Positions 1 through 9,354 are shown, counted from the stretch's first letter. The stretch: 64,000 bases of DNA from Acidimicrobiales bacterium (GCA_965262175.1 CBDHES010000002.1:1248315-1312314), one strand, 5' to 3'. Numbers and translations are program-made. The notes: generated by a model from the letters alone, not told the origin.

Positions 1-1620
1 ATCGATCGCCTGGAGCGGACCGGCACCGAGTCGATGGAAGCCAACTGGATCAGGACCTGGCTCGACACGGTGTTCGAGCTGCCGTGGAGCGAGCGATCGA
101 TCGAGCGGCTCGATCTCGACGAGGCCCGATCGATCCTCGACGCCGACCACACGGGCCTGGACGAGGTCAAGGACCGACTCGTCGAGCACCTCGCCGTCCG
201 CAAGCTGCGGGCCGAGCGGGGCGTGACCGACGACGACGACCCGGCCGCCCGACGCCGGGGGGTGATCCTGGCCCTGGTCGGGCCGCCCGGCGTCGGCAAG
301 ACATCGCTCGGCGAGTCGATCGCCCGGTCGCTCGGCCGGTCGTTCGTCCGACTCGCCCTGGGCGGCATCCGCGACGAGGCGGAGATCCGGGGCCATCGCC
401 GCACGTATGTGGGAGCCCGGCCCGGACGGCTGGTCCGGGCCCTGATCGAGGCCGGCTCGATGAACCCGGTCGTCCTCCTCGACGAGATCGACAAGGTCTC
501 AGGTGGGTGGCAGGGCGACCCGTCGGCCGCCCTACTCGAGGTTCTCGACCCGGCCCAGAACCACTCGTTCCGCGACCACTACCTGGAGTTCGAGCTCGAC
601 CTGTCGGACGTGGTGTTCATCGCCACCGCCAACGTGTTGGAGACGATCCCCGGCCCGTTGCTCGATCGGCTGGAGCTGATCACCCTCGACGGCTACACCG
701 AGGCCGAGAAGGCGGCCATCGCCACCGACCACCTCCTACCCCGGCTCCTCCGGCGCAACGGCGTGGACGACGGCGAGCTGGTCTTCACCGACGATGCCAT
801 CACCACGATCGCCGCCGACTACACCCGGGAAGCCGGGGTCCGGCGGCTCGAGCGACTCCTCGACAAGGCGATCCGCAAGTCGACCCTGCGGATCCTCGAC
901 CGCACGAAGAGCACGGCGGCCGACGGCGATGGCGACACCGACCGCGACCGGGAGCCGATCGCCATCACGCCCGACGACCTCCGCGATCTGCTCGGCCGGC
1001 CATTGCCGTCGGAGCAGGTCGAGAACCGGATCGACCGGCCCGGGATCGCCACCGGGCTGGCGGTGACCGGCGCCGGCGGCGACGTCCTCTTCGTCGAGAC
1101 GGCGCTGGTCGACGGTGACGGCGACGCCATCCTCACCGGCCAGCTGGGCGACGTGATGAAGGAGTCGGCCACGATCGTCCGCTCGATCGTCGCCTCTCAG
1201 GGAGCGCGCCACGGCGTCGCCCTCCCCGAGGGCAAGCGGCTCCACGTCCACTTCCCCGCCGGGGCGGTCCCCAAGGACGGACCATCGGCCGGCGTGACGA
1301 TGACCACCGCCCTGGTCAGCCTCCTGTCGGGACGGCCGGTCCGGTCTGACGTGGCCATGACCGGTGAGGTGACGCTCCAGGGCCGGGTCCTCCCGATCGG
1401 CGGGGTCAAGCAGAAGGTGCTGGCGGCCCATCGGGCCGGGATCACCACGGTGCTGCTCCCCGAGGCCAACGGACCCGACCTGGACGACGTCCCGGCCGAG
1501 GTTCGGGAGGCGATGACGATCCACCTGGTGGGCGACATCGACCAGGTGCTGGGCCACGCCCTCGACGATGCCGTCGAGGGGCCCCCGGGCGACCCGGAAG
1601 GCCGCCCCGTGGCGGCCTGA
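1..1620 (+). CDS. lon: ATP-dependent Lon protease (endopeptidase La), 5'-truncated by the window edge; AAA+ and S16 protease domains present
   Basis: The frame is open from nt 1. Walker A is GPPGVGKTS and Walker B is VVLLDEID. The C-terminal S16 protease domain has the catalytic Ser motif PKDGPSAG followed by a Lys. The table ORF 34..1620 is the in-frame remainder. Confidence 0.9.
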   Translation: MDRLERTGTESMEANWIRTWLDTVFELPWSERSIERLDLDEARSILDADHTGLDEVKDRLVEHLAVRKLRAERGVTDDDDPAARRRGVILALVGPPGVGKTSLGESIARSLGRSFVRLALGGIRDEAEIRGHRRTYVGARPGRLVRALIEAGSMNPVVLLDEIDKVSGGWQGDPSAALLEVLDPAQNHSFRDHYLEFELDLSDVVFIATANVLETIPGPLLDRLELITLDGYTEAEKAAIATDHLLPRLLRRNGVDDGELVFTDDAITTIAADYTREAGVRRLERLLDKAIRKSTLRILDRTKSTAADGDGDTDRDREPIAITPDDLRDLLGRPLPSEQVENRIDRPGIATGLAVTGAGGDVLFVETALVDGDGDAILTGQLGDVMKESATIVRSIVASQGARHGVALPEGKRLHVHFPAGAVPKDGPSAGVTMTTALVSLLSGRPVRSDVAMTGEVTLQGRVLPIGGVKQKVLAAHRAGITTVLLPEANGPDLDDVPAEVREAMTIHLVGDIDQVLGHALDDAVEGPPGDPEGRPVAA

Positions 1621-2055
1621 CCAGCCCAAACCGGTGACGTGAAACAAGGGGCTGTCGGTGGAGACAACGACGTCGTATGATGGACGGTGAAGCTTTGGAT
1701 CTGGGGACCCCCAAGGCACCGCCATCGACCCGGGTGACCACCCGGGAACAACCGGCAACCCGCCGGGGTTCCCTCCTCTGAAGTCGCCAGTTCTACGGCG
1801 GTCGGGCCTGTCGCCCTACCCATCCCTCCGTGGTCCGACCGCCGTATCTCTCACACCGGGCGCCACTCCGCATCGATCGGGGTGGCGCCCGGAGCGGTTC
1901 CACGCCAGGGTGCTCCGGCCCACTACCGTGCGGTGACGGCTCACCCGATCGGCGCAATTCTTCGATGAAGATGACGAGAGCGGCGAAAAGGGGCAGAATC
2001 TGGTGCCCTCGTTCACGGGGCACCCGTCAACCACAGGGTAGGTAAAGGAGCGTTC
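1621..2055 (+). promoter_or_regulatory. Long 435-nt intergenic leader upstream of the CoxL-family gene, lower GC than the flanks, with several stable hairpins; candidate structured 5' UTR
   Basis: Hairpins seen include cccggg-tgacca-cccggg, ggcgcca...tggcgcc and cggagc...gctccg. An SD-like GGTAAAGGAG sits about 6 nt before the ATG at 2056. No coding frame with protein-like composition is present. Confidence 0.3.
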
Positions 2056-4359
2056 ATGGCAGCACAGGGCTCGATCCTCGGTAACTCGGTTCTTCGGCGA
2101 GAAGACCCGGCCCTCCTGACGGGTGGCGACACGTACTACGACGACATGAAGGTCGAGGGGCTGACGTACGTCCACTACGTCCGCTCCCCCTTCGCCCACG
2201 CCACCATCGACGGCATCGACGTCGCCGAGGCGTCGGGCATGCCCGGCATCGTGGCGGTCTACACCTCGGAGAACTTCGACGTCCCGGACTTCCAGGGCTT
2301 CCCGATGTTCCCCGCCGAGTTCAACCGGCCCTGCCTGGCCAAGGGCAAGGTCCGCTTCGTCGGCGACATCGTGGCCGCCGTCGTGGCCGAATCCCGCGAG
2401 GCGGCGGCCGACGCCGCCGAGGCGGTCATCGTCGACTACTCCCCCCTCCCCGCGCTGACCGACATGACCAAGGCCCTCGACGCCGACGCTCCGGTCCTGT
2501 TCGAAGCCGTCGGCTCCAACATGGTGATGCCCTCGATGCTCCCCGCCGAGGGCTTCGACGATGCCGACCCGCTGGTCGGCGCCGACCGCGTCGTCGAGGT
2601 GACGATGGAGTCCCAGCGCCTCGCCGGCGTGCCGATGGAGCCCAACGGCTGCGTGGCCATCCCCTCCGGTGACTCGATGGACATGTGGGTCTCGAGCCAG
2701 AACCCGATCGCCATCAAAGAGGTCTACGTCGGGATGACCGGCATCGCCGAGGACAAGCTCCGGGTCGTCGCTCCCCCCGCCGTCGGCGGCGGCTTCGGCC
2801 CCAAGGCCGGCGTCTACGTCGAGCACATCCTGGCCATGAAGGCCGCCCAGACCCTCGATCGCCCGGTCAAGTGGACCGAGGAGCGGAGCGAGAACATGGT
2901 GGCGATGATGCAGGGGCGGGGCATGGTGATGACCGCCAAGCTCGGCCTCAGCAACGACGGCACCTTCGTCGGCATCGACGCCGAGGTCATCGCCGACTGC
3001 GGCGCCTACCCCGGCATCGGTGGCGTGCTGCCGACCCTGACCCAGATGATGCTCCCCGGCGTCTACGAGTTCCCCAAGATGCGCTACCGCTCGTCGAGCG
3101 TCGTGACCAACACGACCACGATCGGCGCCTACCGGGGCGCCGGCCGGCCCGAGGCGACCCAGATCCTCGAGCGGGTCATCGACGTGGCGGCCGATGAGCT
3201 CGCCATCGACCCCGCCGAGCTGCGGCGGCGGAACTACCTCAAGCCCGAGGCCTTCCCCCTCACCACCCTCGGCGGGGCCAACTACGACTCCGGCGAGTAC
3301 GAGAAGACCCTCGACGCGGCCCTCCAGGCCTCCGACTATGCGTCGCTGCGGACCGAGCAGGAGCGGCGTCGGGCCGCCGGCGAGACCAAGCAACTCGGCA
3401 TCGGCGTCTCGACCTACGTCGAGGTCACCGCCCCGATCGGCCTCCACGTCGAGTGGGGTGCGGTCGAGGTCACCGAGGACGGCACCGCCGTCGCCCGGGT
3501 CGGCACCAGCGCTCACGGTCAGGGCCACGTCACCGCCTTCTCGATGATCGTGTCGGACATGCTCGGCATCCCGATGGAGAACGTGAAGCTCATCCAGTCC
3601 GACACCGACGAGATCCCCCGCGGTCAGGGCACGATGGGCTCGCGGTCGCTCCAGACCGCCGGCTCGGCGGTCCACGTCGCCAGCGAGACCGTCCTCGGCA
3701 AGGCCAAGACCCTCGCCGCCCACCTGCTGGAGGCCAACGAGGACGACATCGTCGTCGGCGACAACGGCCTCCAGGTCGCCGGTACCCCGACCTCGAACGT
3801 GTCGTGGGCCGATCTCGCCAAGGCCGCCAACGACGACTCGAAGCGGCCGGCCGGCATGGAGCCCGGCCTCAGCCACGAGCTCGACTTCGACGGTCAGGAC
3901 GCCACCTATCCCTTCGGCAGCCACGTCTCGGTGGTCGAGGTCGACACCGAGACCGGGGCGGTCGAGATGCTCCGCCACTTCGCGGTGGACGACTGCGGCC
4001 GGATCCTCAACCCGATGCTGGTCAACGGCCAGCAGCACGGCGGCATCGCCCAGGGTGCGGCCCAGGCGCTGTTCGAGGTCGTGGCCTACGACGCCGACGG
4101 CAACCCGATCACCTCCAACCTGATGGACTACGCCATCCCGTCGGCGGCCGAGCTGCCGTCGTTCGATGCCTCCAACACCGAGACCCCCAGCCCCCGGAAC
4201 CCCATGGGAGCCAAGGGCATCGGCGAGTCGGGCACGATCGGCTCCACCCCGGCGATCCACAACGCGGTGGTCGACGCCGTCTCCCACCTCGGCATCCGCC
4301 ACATCGACATGCCGCTCACCGCCCAGCGGGTGTGGGCGGCGATCCAGAACGCCCGCTGA
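2056..4359 (+). CDS. Xanthine dehydrogenase/aerobic CO dehydrogenase family molybdopterin-binding large subunit (CoxL-like, form II-type active-site loop)
   Basis: 767 aa. It carries the GAYRGAGRPEA motif typical of non-CO CoxL homologs, not the form I VAYRCSFR loop. An aldehyde-oxidase/XDH a/b-hammerhead region and a MoCo-binding region are recognisable. No CoxM or CoxS partner genes are adjacent. Confidence 0.85.
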   Translation: MAAQGSILGNSVLRREDPALLTGGDTYYDDMKVEGLTYVHYVRSPFAHATIDGIDVAEASGMPGIVAVYTSENFDVPDFQGFPMFPAEFNRPCLAKGKVRFVGDIVAAVVAESREAAADAAEAVIVDYSPLPALTDMTKALDADAPVLFEAVGSNMVMPSMLPAEGFDDADPLVGADRVVEVTMESQRLAGVPMEPNGCVAIPSGDSMDMWVSSQNPIAIKEVYVGMTGIAEDKLRVVAPPAVGGGFGPKAGVYVEHILAMKAAQTLDRPVKWTEERSENMVAMMQGRGMVMTAKLGLSNDGTFVGIDAEVIADCGAYPGIGGVLPTLTQMMLPGVYEFPKMRYRSSSVVTNTTTIGAYRGAGRPEATQILERVIDVAADELAIDPAELRRRNYLKPEAFPLTTLGGANYDSGEYEKTLDAALQASDYASLRTEQERRRAAGETKQLGIGVSTYVEVTAPIGLHVEWGAVEVTEDGTAVARVGTSAHGQGHVTAFSMIVSDMLGIPMENVKLIQSDTDEIPRGQGTMGSRSLQTAGSAVHVASETVLGKAKTLAAHLLEANEDDIVVGDNGLQVAGTPTSNVSWADLAKAANDDSKRPAGMEPGLSHELDFDGQDATYPFGSHVSVVEVDTETGAVEMLRHFAVDDCGRILNPMLVNGQQHGGIAQGAAQALFEVVAYDADGNPITSNLMDYAIPSAAELPSFDASNTETPSPRNPMGAKGIGESGTIGSTPAIHNAVVDAVSHLGIRHIDMPLTAQRVWAAIQNAR

Positions 4360-4386
4360 TCCCGATCAGCGGCTTCACCTTCTGAG

Positions 4387-5382
4387 ATGACGACCGACCC
4401 GGGCCACCCGACCATCACGGCGGGGGCCCGGGTCGGTCTCGTTCTGGCCGCCGGTGGGGTGGCCGGCTACGGCTTCCACGTCGGGGCCCTCGCCGCCCTG
4501 GAACGGGTGACGGGCTGGGATCCGCGGACGGCGACGGTGATCGCCGGCACCTCGTCGGGCTCGGTCGTCGCCACCACCCTGGCCACCGGAGTCGACTCGA
4601 TCGAACAGCGGGAACGGGTGCTGGCCACCGGCGAGCAGGCCGAGGTCGATCGACCGCTGCTCGAGTTGGTCGGTCGGGGCAGCTTCCGGCTGCCCCGGGT
4701 GTGGGCCGGCCCGGCTGCCCCCCGCCTGGTGGCGACCGAGCTCCGCCGCGGGCGGCGGCTCGATGTCGTCAACCTGGTCACCGGCGCGCTGCCCCGGGGG
4801 CGGGTGGCGACCCGACCCTTGGCCGACATCATCGCCCGGTTCCATCAGCCCGACGCGCCGTGGCCCCAGGGGCCGGACCGACAGCTCTGGATCCCGGCCA
4901 CCGACCTCCGGACCGGCGACCGGGTGGTGTTCGGCCGAGACCGGCTCGACGTGCCGCTGGCCGACGCGGTGCGGGCGAGCTGCGCCATCCCCGGCTTCTT
5001 CGCCCCAGCCGAGATCGACGGTCGGGCCTACGTCGACGGGGGCATCAGCTCGCTCGACAACACCGATCTGCTGGCCGATGCCGGCCTCGATGTGGTCATC
5101 GTCTCCTCCCCGATGCCGATCTCCCCGACGACGCTGGCCCGGTTCCCGGCGATGCGGCTGTTGCAGCGCCCACCCCGCAACCGGCTCCTGGCCAATCTCG
5201 ACCGGGTCGCCGCCACCGGCACCGAGGTGCTCGTCCTCGAACCCGATGCCGACGTGGTGCGGACCATGGGCTTCAACGCCCTCCGGGCGTCGCGGCTCCG
5301 ACCGATCGTCGACGCCGCCGACCGTTCGGTCAGCGCCCAGCTCCGATCGCCGGCCCCCGACCCGCGCTTCGCCTGCCCCTGA
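4387..5382 (+). CDS. Patatin-like phospholipase family protein
   Basis: Gly-rich oxyanion loop LAAGGVAGYGFHVG. Nucleophile elbow GTSSG (GxSxG). Catalytic Asp in YVDGGISS (DGG). Confidence 0.8.
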   Translation: MTTDPGHPTITAGARVGLVLAAGGVAGYGFHVGALAALERVTGWDPRTATVIAGTSSGSVVATTLATGVDSIEQRERVLATGEQAEVDRPLLELVGRGSFRLPRVWAGPAAPRLVATELRRGRRLDVVNLVTGALPRGRVATRPLADIIARFHQPDAPWPQGPDRQLWIPATDLRTGDRVVFGRDRLDVPLADAVRASCAIPGFFAPAEIDGRAYVDGGISSLDNTDLLADAGLDVVIVSSPMPISPTTLARFPAMRLLQRPPRNRLLANLDRVAATGTEVLVLEPDADVVRTMGFNALRASRLRPIVDAADRSVSAQLRSPAPDPRFACP

Positions 5383-5391
5383 TCGCCGAGG

Positions 5392-5889
5392 TCAGTACGG
5401 CTCGACGGCCGGGTGGTCATCGTCGCTGGCGCCGACCCGGCGGGCGGCGCTCTGACCGACCCGCCCGGTCGGCAGGTGGGCGCCGGCCTTGGCCAGCCCG
5501 AAGTGGTGCATGTTGCCGTAGACCGACTCGTAGGCCCCGGCCTCGACCCGGTAGGTCTCATGCCAGATGCCGACGTCGCCCGAGTCACCGATGGCCCGGT
5601 TGAACGCCCGCCACGCCGGCAGGTGGAGGTTGCCTCGGGCGTAGGCGTCGAGCTTGTCGAAGTCGGTCCAGTACTGGAGCGACATCGTCGTGCGACCGAA
5701 CCAGTTCTCGATGTGGAGACAGCCCAGCTCGGGGTCGGCCAGCAGCTCGGCCTGCATCGGGCGCATCGCCCGGGCCACCGGCAACCAACTCTTGACCTTC
5801 CACGGCTTGTTGATCCGCATCCCGATGAGGAAGACGACGAAGTCGCCGTCGACCGTGGCCGACCAACGGCCGGGGTGTACCTCGCTCAT
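5392..5889 (-). CDS. DUF4188-like small protein (monooxygenase-like fold), hypothetical
   Basis: 165 aa, protein-like composition. Resembles DUF4188 family members from memory (FVVFLIGMRINKPWK, WFGRTTMSLQYW). Needs an HMM check. Confidence 0.4.
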   Translation of the reverse strand: MSEVHPGRWSATVDGDFVVFLIGMRINKPWKVKSWLPVARAMRPMQAELLADPELGCLHIENWFGRTTMSLQYWTDFDKLDAYARGNLHLPAWRAFNRAIGDSGDVGIWHETYRVEAGAYESVYGNMHHFGLAKAGAHLPTGRVGQSAARRVGASDDDHPAVEPY

Positions 5890-5955
5890 GCCTCGACGCT
5901 ACGGCACGATCTTCGACCGATCATCATCCCCGGGTGCCATCCAGGGTCGTCCCGG

Positions 5956-5984
5956 GGGACGATCGTCCCGGCGGACGATCGTCC
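5956..5984. promoter_or_regulatory. Two tandem copies of the perfect 12-bp palindrome GGACGATCGTCC (centres ~16 bp apart) in the divergent promoter region between 5392..5889(-) and 6116..6949(+); candidate operator
   Basis: Direct reading: gggacgatcgtccc at ~5956-5969 and ggacgatcgtcc at ~5973-5984. A second direct repeat, cgtttcgaccg x2, lies at ~6058-6090. Confidence 0.35.
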
Positions 5985-6115
5985 CGGCGGCCCTCCGGCG
6001 GTGGTGTGCGACCCGGGCCGCCCGAACCGACCCGACCGGACCGGTCCGGGCGGCCGACGTTTCGACCGGCCGGCGTTTCGACCGACCGTCGGCCGGGCTG
6101 GAAAGATGAACCGCC

Positions 6116-6949
6116 ATGGGACGACTCGACGATCAGGTGACGGTGATAACCGGCGGGGCCAGCGGGATCGGCGCGGGCACAGCTCGCCGGTTCGTGGCGG
6201 AGGGGGCGAAGGTCCTCGTCGCCGACCTCGACGAGGACAAGGGGGCGGCCCTCGTCGATGAGCTTGGCGAGGCGGCGGCGTTCCTCCCGACCGATGTGTC
6301 GAAGGAGTCCGACGTGGCGGCGATGATCGCCGAGGCGACCGACCGCTGGGGCCGGCTCGACTGCCTGTTCAACAACGCCGGGTTCGGCGGGGCGCTCGGC
6401 CCGATCGCCTCGACGTCGGTAGAGGACTACGACCTCACGATGGACGTGCTCCTCAAGAGCGTCTTCCTCGGCATGAAGCACGCCGCCCCGGTGATGACCG
6501 CCCAGGGGTCGGGGTCGATCATCTCGACGGCCAGCGTGGCCGGGTTGCGGGCCGGTAACGCTCCCCACCTCTACAGCGTGGCCAAGTGCGCGGTGATCCA
6601 CCTGACCAAGTCGGTGGCGCTCGAGCTGGGCGAGCACGATGTCCGGGTCAACGCCATCTGCCCGGGGTTCATCGCCACCCCGCTGGCCGCCGGTCACCCC
6701 GGGGCCGACGAGGACCGGATCCAGAAGATGCGAGACGCCGGGGCCGGGGCCCAGGTGATGGGCCGGGTCGGCGAGCCGCTCGACATCGCCAACATGGCGC
6801 TGTTCCTGGCCAGCGAAGAATCACGGTGGATCACCGGCCAGGAGTTCGTCGTCGACGGAGGGTTCGAGGCCGGGCGCCCCTGGTCGCGGTGGCCGGCGTT
6901 CACCAAGATGGAGCGCCCGATTCGCCACCACCGACCCCCGGACCGCTGA
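6116..6949 (+). CDS. SDR family NAD(P)-dependent oxidoreductase
   Basis: TGGASGIG cofactor motif, NNAG, catalytic S...YSVAK (YxxxK), and a PG motif. Confidence 0.85.
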   Translation: MGRLDDQVTVITGGASGIGAGTARRFVAEGAKVLVADLDEDKGAALVDELGEAAAFLPTDVSKESDVAAMIAEATDRWGRLDCLFNNAGFGGALGPIASTSVEDYDLTMDVLLKSVFLGMKHAAPVMTAQGSGSIISTASVAGLRAGNAPHLYSVAKCAVIHLTKSVALELGEHDVRVNAICPGFIATPLAAGHPGADEDRIQKMRDAGAGAQVMGRVGEPLDIANMALFLASEESRWITGQEFVVDGGFEAGRPWSRWPAFTKMERPIRHHRPPDR

Positions 6950-6975
6950 CACCCCGCGTCGCTATCCTCGACGAC

Positions 6976-7500
6976 ATGGCCGTGACGCTCGACGCCGACC
7001 CCGACCGAGAACACCACGGGGCCGACGAGCGGGCACGAGAGATCGAGGCGGTTCTCGACGCCATGGAACACGCCGCCCCCGGAGCCAGAGCCGAGCACCT
7101 CGCCGGGGTCTACGTCTTGAACCGCCCCCACAGCCTCCATCAGCTGATCCAATCGATGCTGCTCCAGGCCGTGGCCGCCGTGCTCCCGCCGGCCGAAGCG
7201 GTCGTGACCGACTGCCGGGTCCGAGACGACACCATGTGGCTCGTGCCCGACCTGATCGTCGCCCCCCGGGTCCTGCTTGCCGAGGCGAAGCCGCAGCTGG
7301 AACCGGGCGAGGTGTCGCTCGTCGTCGAGATCCTGTCCCCGTCGACCGAGGCCACCGACCGCGGCGCCAAACGAGCCTTCTGCCAACGGCACCGAATCGA
7401 CTACTGGCTCGTCACCCCCACCACCGACGGCTGGACCCCGATCGAGCACCACCCCTACGGGGGCGGCACGATCCCGCCACCGGCCCCGCCGAACCCCTAG
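6976..7500 (+). CDS. Uma2 family (DUF820) PD-(D/E)xK restriction-endonuclease-like protein, paralog A
   Basis: Core reads VPDLIV...VVEILSPST...GAK...IDYWLV, matching the Uma2 D/E-K core. The real start is probably ATG 6976 (MAVTLDAD); the table ORF begins earlier at 6586. Confidence 0.6.
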   Translation: MAVTLDADPDREHHGADERAREIEAVLDAMEHAAPGARAEHLAGVYVLNRPHSLHQLIQSMLLQAVAAVLPPAEAVVTDCRVRDDTMWLVPDLIVAPRVLLAEAKPQLEPGEVSLVVEILSPSTEATDRGAKRAFCQRHRIDYWLVTPTTDGWTPIEHHPYGGGTIPPPAPPNP

Positions 7501-7517
7501 CCGGTACCCTCGACGAC

Positions 7518-8051
7518 ATGGCCGTGACGCTCGACGCCGACCCCGACCGGGAACACCACGGGGCCGACGAGCGGGCACGAGAGATCGAGGCGGTTCTCGA
7601 CGCCATGGAAGACGCCGCCCCCGGAGCCAGAGCCGAGCACCTCGCCGGGGTCTACGTCTTGAACCGCCCAGGGATCGTCCATCAGGCCACCGTGGCCGCG
7701 TTGATCGTCGCCCTCCGGCCCCTCATCCCGGCCGATCGGCGGGTGCTCCCCGATGTGCGGGTCGGCGCAGGAGAGGCCTGGATCGTGCCCGACCTCATCG
7801 TGGTGAGCGAGGCGACGGTGGCCGCGGCCCGGACGCCGGTCGAGCCCGGCCAGGTCGACCTCATGGTCGAGATCCTGTCCCCGTCGACCGAAGCCACCGA
7901 CCGCGGCGCCAAACGAGCCTTCTGCCAACGGCACCGAATCGACTACTGGCTCGTCACCCCCACCACCGACGGCTGGACCCCGATCGAGCACCACCCCTAC
8001 GGGGGCGGCACGATCCCGCCACCGGCCCCGCCCGTCGACCCGAGCACCTGA
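7518..8051 (+). CDS. Uma2 family (DUF820) PD-(D/E)xK endonuclease-like protein, paralog B (tandem mosaic duplicate of A)
   Basis: The first ~55 aa and last ~58 aa are nearly identical to paralog A at both nucleotide and protein level. The central ~65 aa diverge. Confidence 0.6.
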   Translation: MAVTLDADPDREHHGADERAREIEAVLDAMEDAAPGARAEHLAGVYVLNRPGIVHQATVAALIVALRPLIPADRRVLPDVRVGAGEAWIVPDLIVVSEATVAAARTPVEPGQVDLMVEILSPSTEATDRGAKRAFCQRHRIDYWLVTPTTDGWTPIEHHPYGGGTIPPPAPPVDPST

Positions 8052-8118
8052 GCCGACCGGGCGATCATCGCTGGCGGCTCGGCGACACCGGGCACCGGAG
8101 CCGGGCCGTGGCCGCCGA

Positions 8119-9354
8119 TCAGCTGCGGGGCACCTCGCTCCAGTTGACGTCCTTGTCGACCCGAGGCTCGCCGGGGAGACCGAGCACCTGCTCGCCGAGG
8201 ATGTTGCGCATGATCTCGCTGGTCCCGCCCTCGATCGAGTTGGCCCGGACCCGGAGGAACCCGTGGCCGACCCCGTTCTCGGCCCCGGTGGCCGAGAGCT
8301 CCTCCGGCCGCCGGAAGGTGTAGTCGTAGCCGACCATGCCCTTGGCGCCGGAGAACTCGACGGCCTTGGCCATGATCGCCTGGTTCAGCTCGGCGAACGC
8401 CAGCTTGGCCACCGAACCCTCTGGTCCGGGGTTGCCGGCCCGACGGTTGGCGCCGGCCCGCATCCCGGTCAACCGGAGGACCTCGGCGTCGACCCACAGC
8501 CGCATCAGGTCATCGCGCCGGACCGCCGTCCGGTCCTCGACCGGCAGGCCGTTCCAGACGTCGACCAGGGAGGCGATCGTCCCCGATCCCCGCTTGGGGG
8601 CACCGCCGCTCCCGATCGCCGTCCGCTCGTTCATCAGGGTCGTCAACGAGACCCGCCACCCCTCGCCGACATCGCCGATCCGGTTGGCGTCGGGGATCCG
8701 CACGTCGGTCAGGTAGACCTCGTTGAACTCCGCCTCGCCGGTGATCTGACGGAGCGGTCGAACCTCGACCCCCGGGCTCGTCATGTCGAGGGCGAAGTAC
8801 GTCATCCCCTTGTGCTTGGGGGTGTCCGGATTGGATCGGGTGACGAGCATCCCCCAGTCGGCGAGGTGGGCGATCGTGTTCCACACCTTCTGCCCGTTGA
8901 CCACCCACTCCTCGCCATCGGGGACGGCCTTGGTGGCCAACCCGGCGAAGTCGCTCCCGGCACCGGGCTCGCTGAACAGCTGACACCACCGCTCCTCGCC
9001 GGTGAACATCGGGCGGAGGAACCGCCGCTTGTGCTCATCGGTGCCGTGGGTGTGGATGGTCGGGCCGGCCAGGTTCAGGAAGAACCCGGCGGCCTCGGCC
9101 GGCTTGGCTCCAGCCGCCCGGAGCTGCTCCTCGACCATCTTCTGCAGCTGGGGCCGGACACCGAGACCCCCGAACCCCTCGTCGAAGTAGACCCAGGCCA
9201 GGCCGGCGTCGTAGCGGTGACCTCGAAACTCGCGGTTCGACATCGTGGCCGGATCGTGGTTGGCCAGCAGCTCGGCGACAGCGTCGGCGACGACCTTCGC
9301 TTCGGAATCGGCCGGAACGTCGATGCCCGTTGACGGGTCGAGGGTGTTGGTCAT
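8119..9354 (-). CDS. Acyl-CoA dehydrogenase family protein
   Basis: ACAD N-terminal, middle and C-terminal domain signatures (FSEPGAGSD, VNGQKVWNT, GG.SEI.RNI.GE). Confidence 0.85.
   Translation of the reverse strand: MTNTLDPSTGIDVPADSEAKVVADAVAELLANHDPATMSNREFRGHRYDAGLAWVYFDEGFGGLGVRPQLQKMVEEQLRAAGAKPAEAAGFFLNLAGPTIHTHGTDEHKRRFLRPMFTGEERWCQLFSEPGAGSDFAGLATKAVPDGEEWVVNGQKVWNTIAHLADWGMLVTRSNPDTPKHKGMTYFALDMTSPGVEVRPLRQITGEAEFNEVYLTDVRIPDANRIGDVGEGWRVSLTTLMNERTAIGSGGAPKRGSGTIASLVDVWNGLPVEDRTAVRRDDLMRLWVDAEVLRLTGMRAGANRRAGNPGPEGSVAKLAFAELNQAIMAKAVEFSGAKGMVGYDYTFRRPEELSATGAENGVGHGFLRVRANSIEGGTSEIMRNILGEQVLGLPGEPRVDKDVNWSEVPRS

Noticed and set aside
84-1118. 344-aa +2-frame ORF inside lon and other internal ORFs (532..732, 736..1758, 819..1172, 1197..1823)
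   Set aside because: They are alternate frames of the Lon coding region. Composition is Arg/Pro/Gly-rich and no domains are present.
1621-2055. tRNA, tmRNA, RNase P RNA or SRP RNA in the long lon-coxL intergenic region
   Set aside because: I found no T-loop GGTTCGA-type motif, no tmRNA 5' GGGGCUG...3' CCACCA ends, and no RNase P or SRP conserved boxes on either strand by eye. It stays only a candidate leader or riboswitch pending a covariance-model search.
1816-4302. 828-aa minus-strand ORF spanning almost the whole CoxL-family gene
   Set aside because: It is antisense to a well-supported CDS. Its translation is Gly/Arg/Asp/Val-rich low-complexity sequence with no motifs. This is a typical stop-codon-poor antisense frame in ~72% GC DNA.
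6586-7500. Full 304-aa ORF as the Uma2 paralog A, or as a fusion to the SDR C-terminus
   Set aside because: The upstream part is the +2 frame of the SDR gene's 3' end. The Uma2 homology and the duplicated start context begin at ATG 6976.
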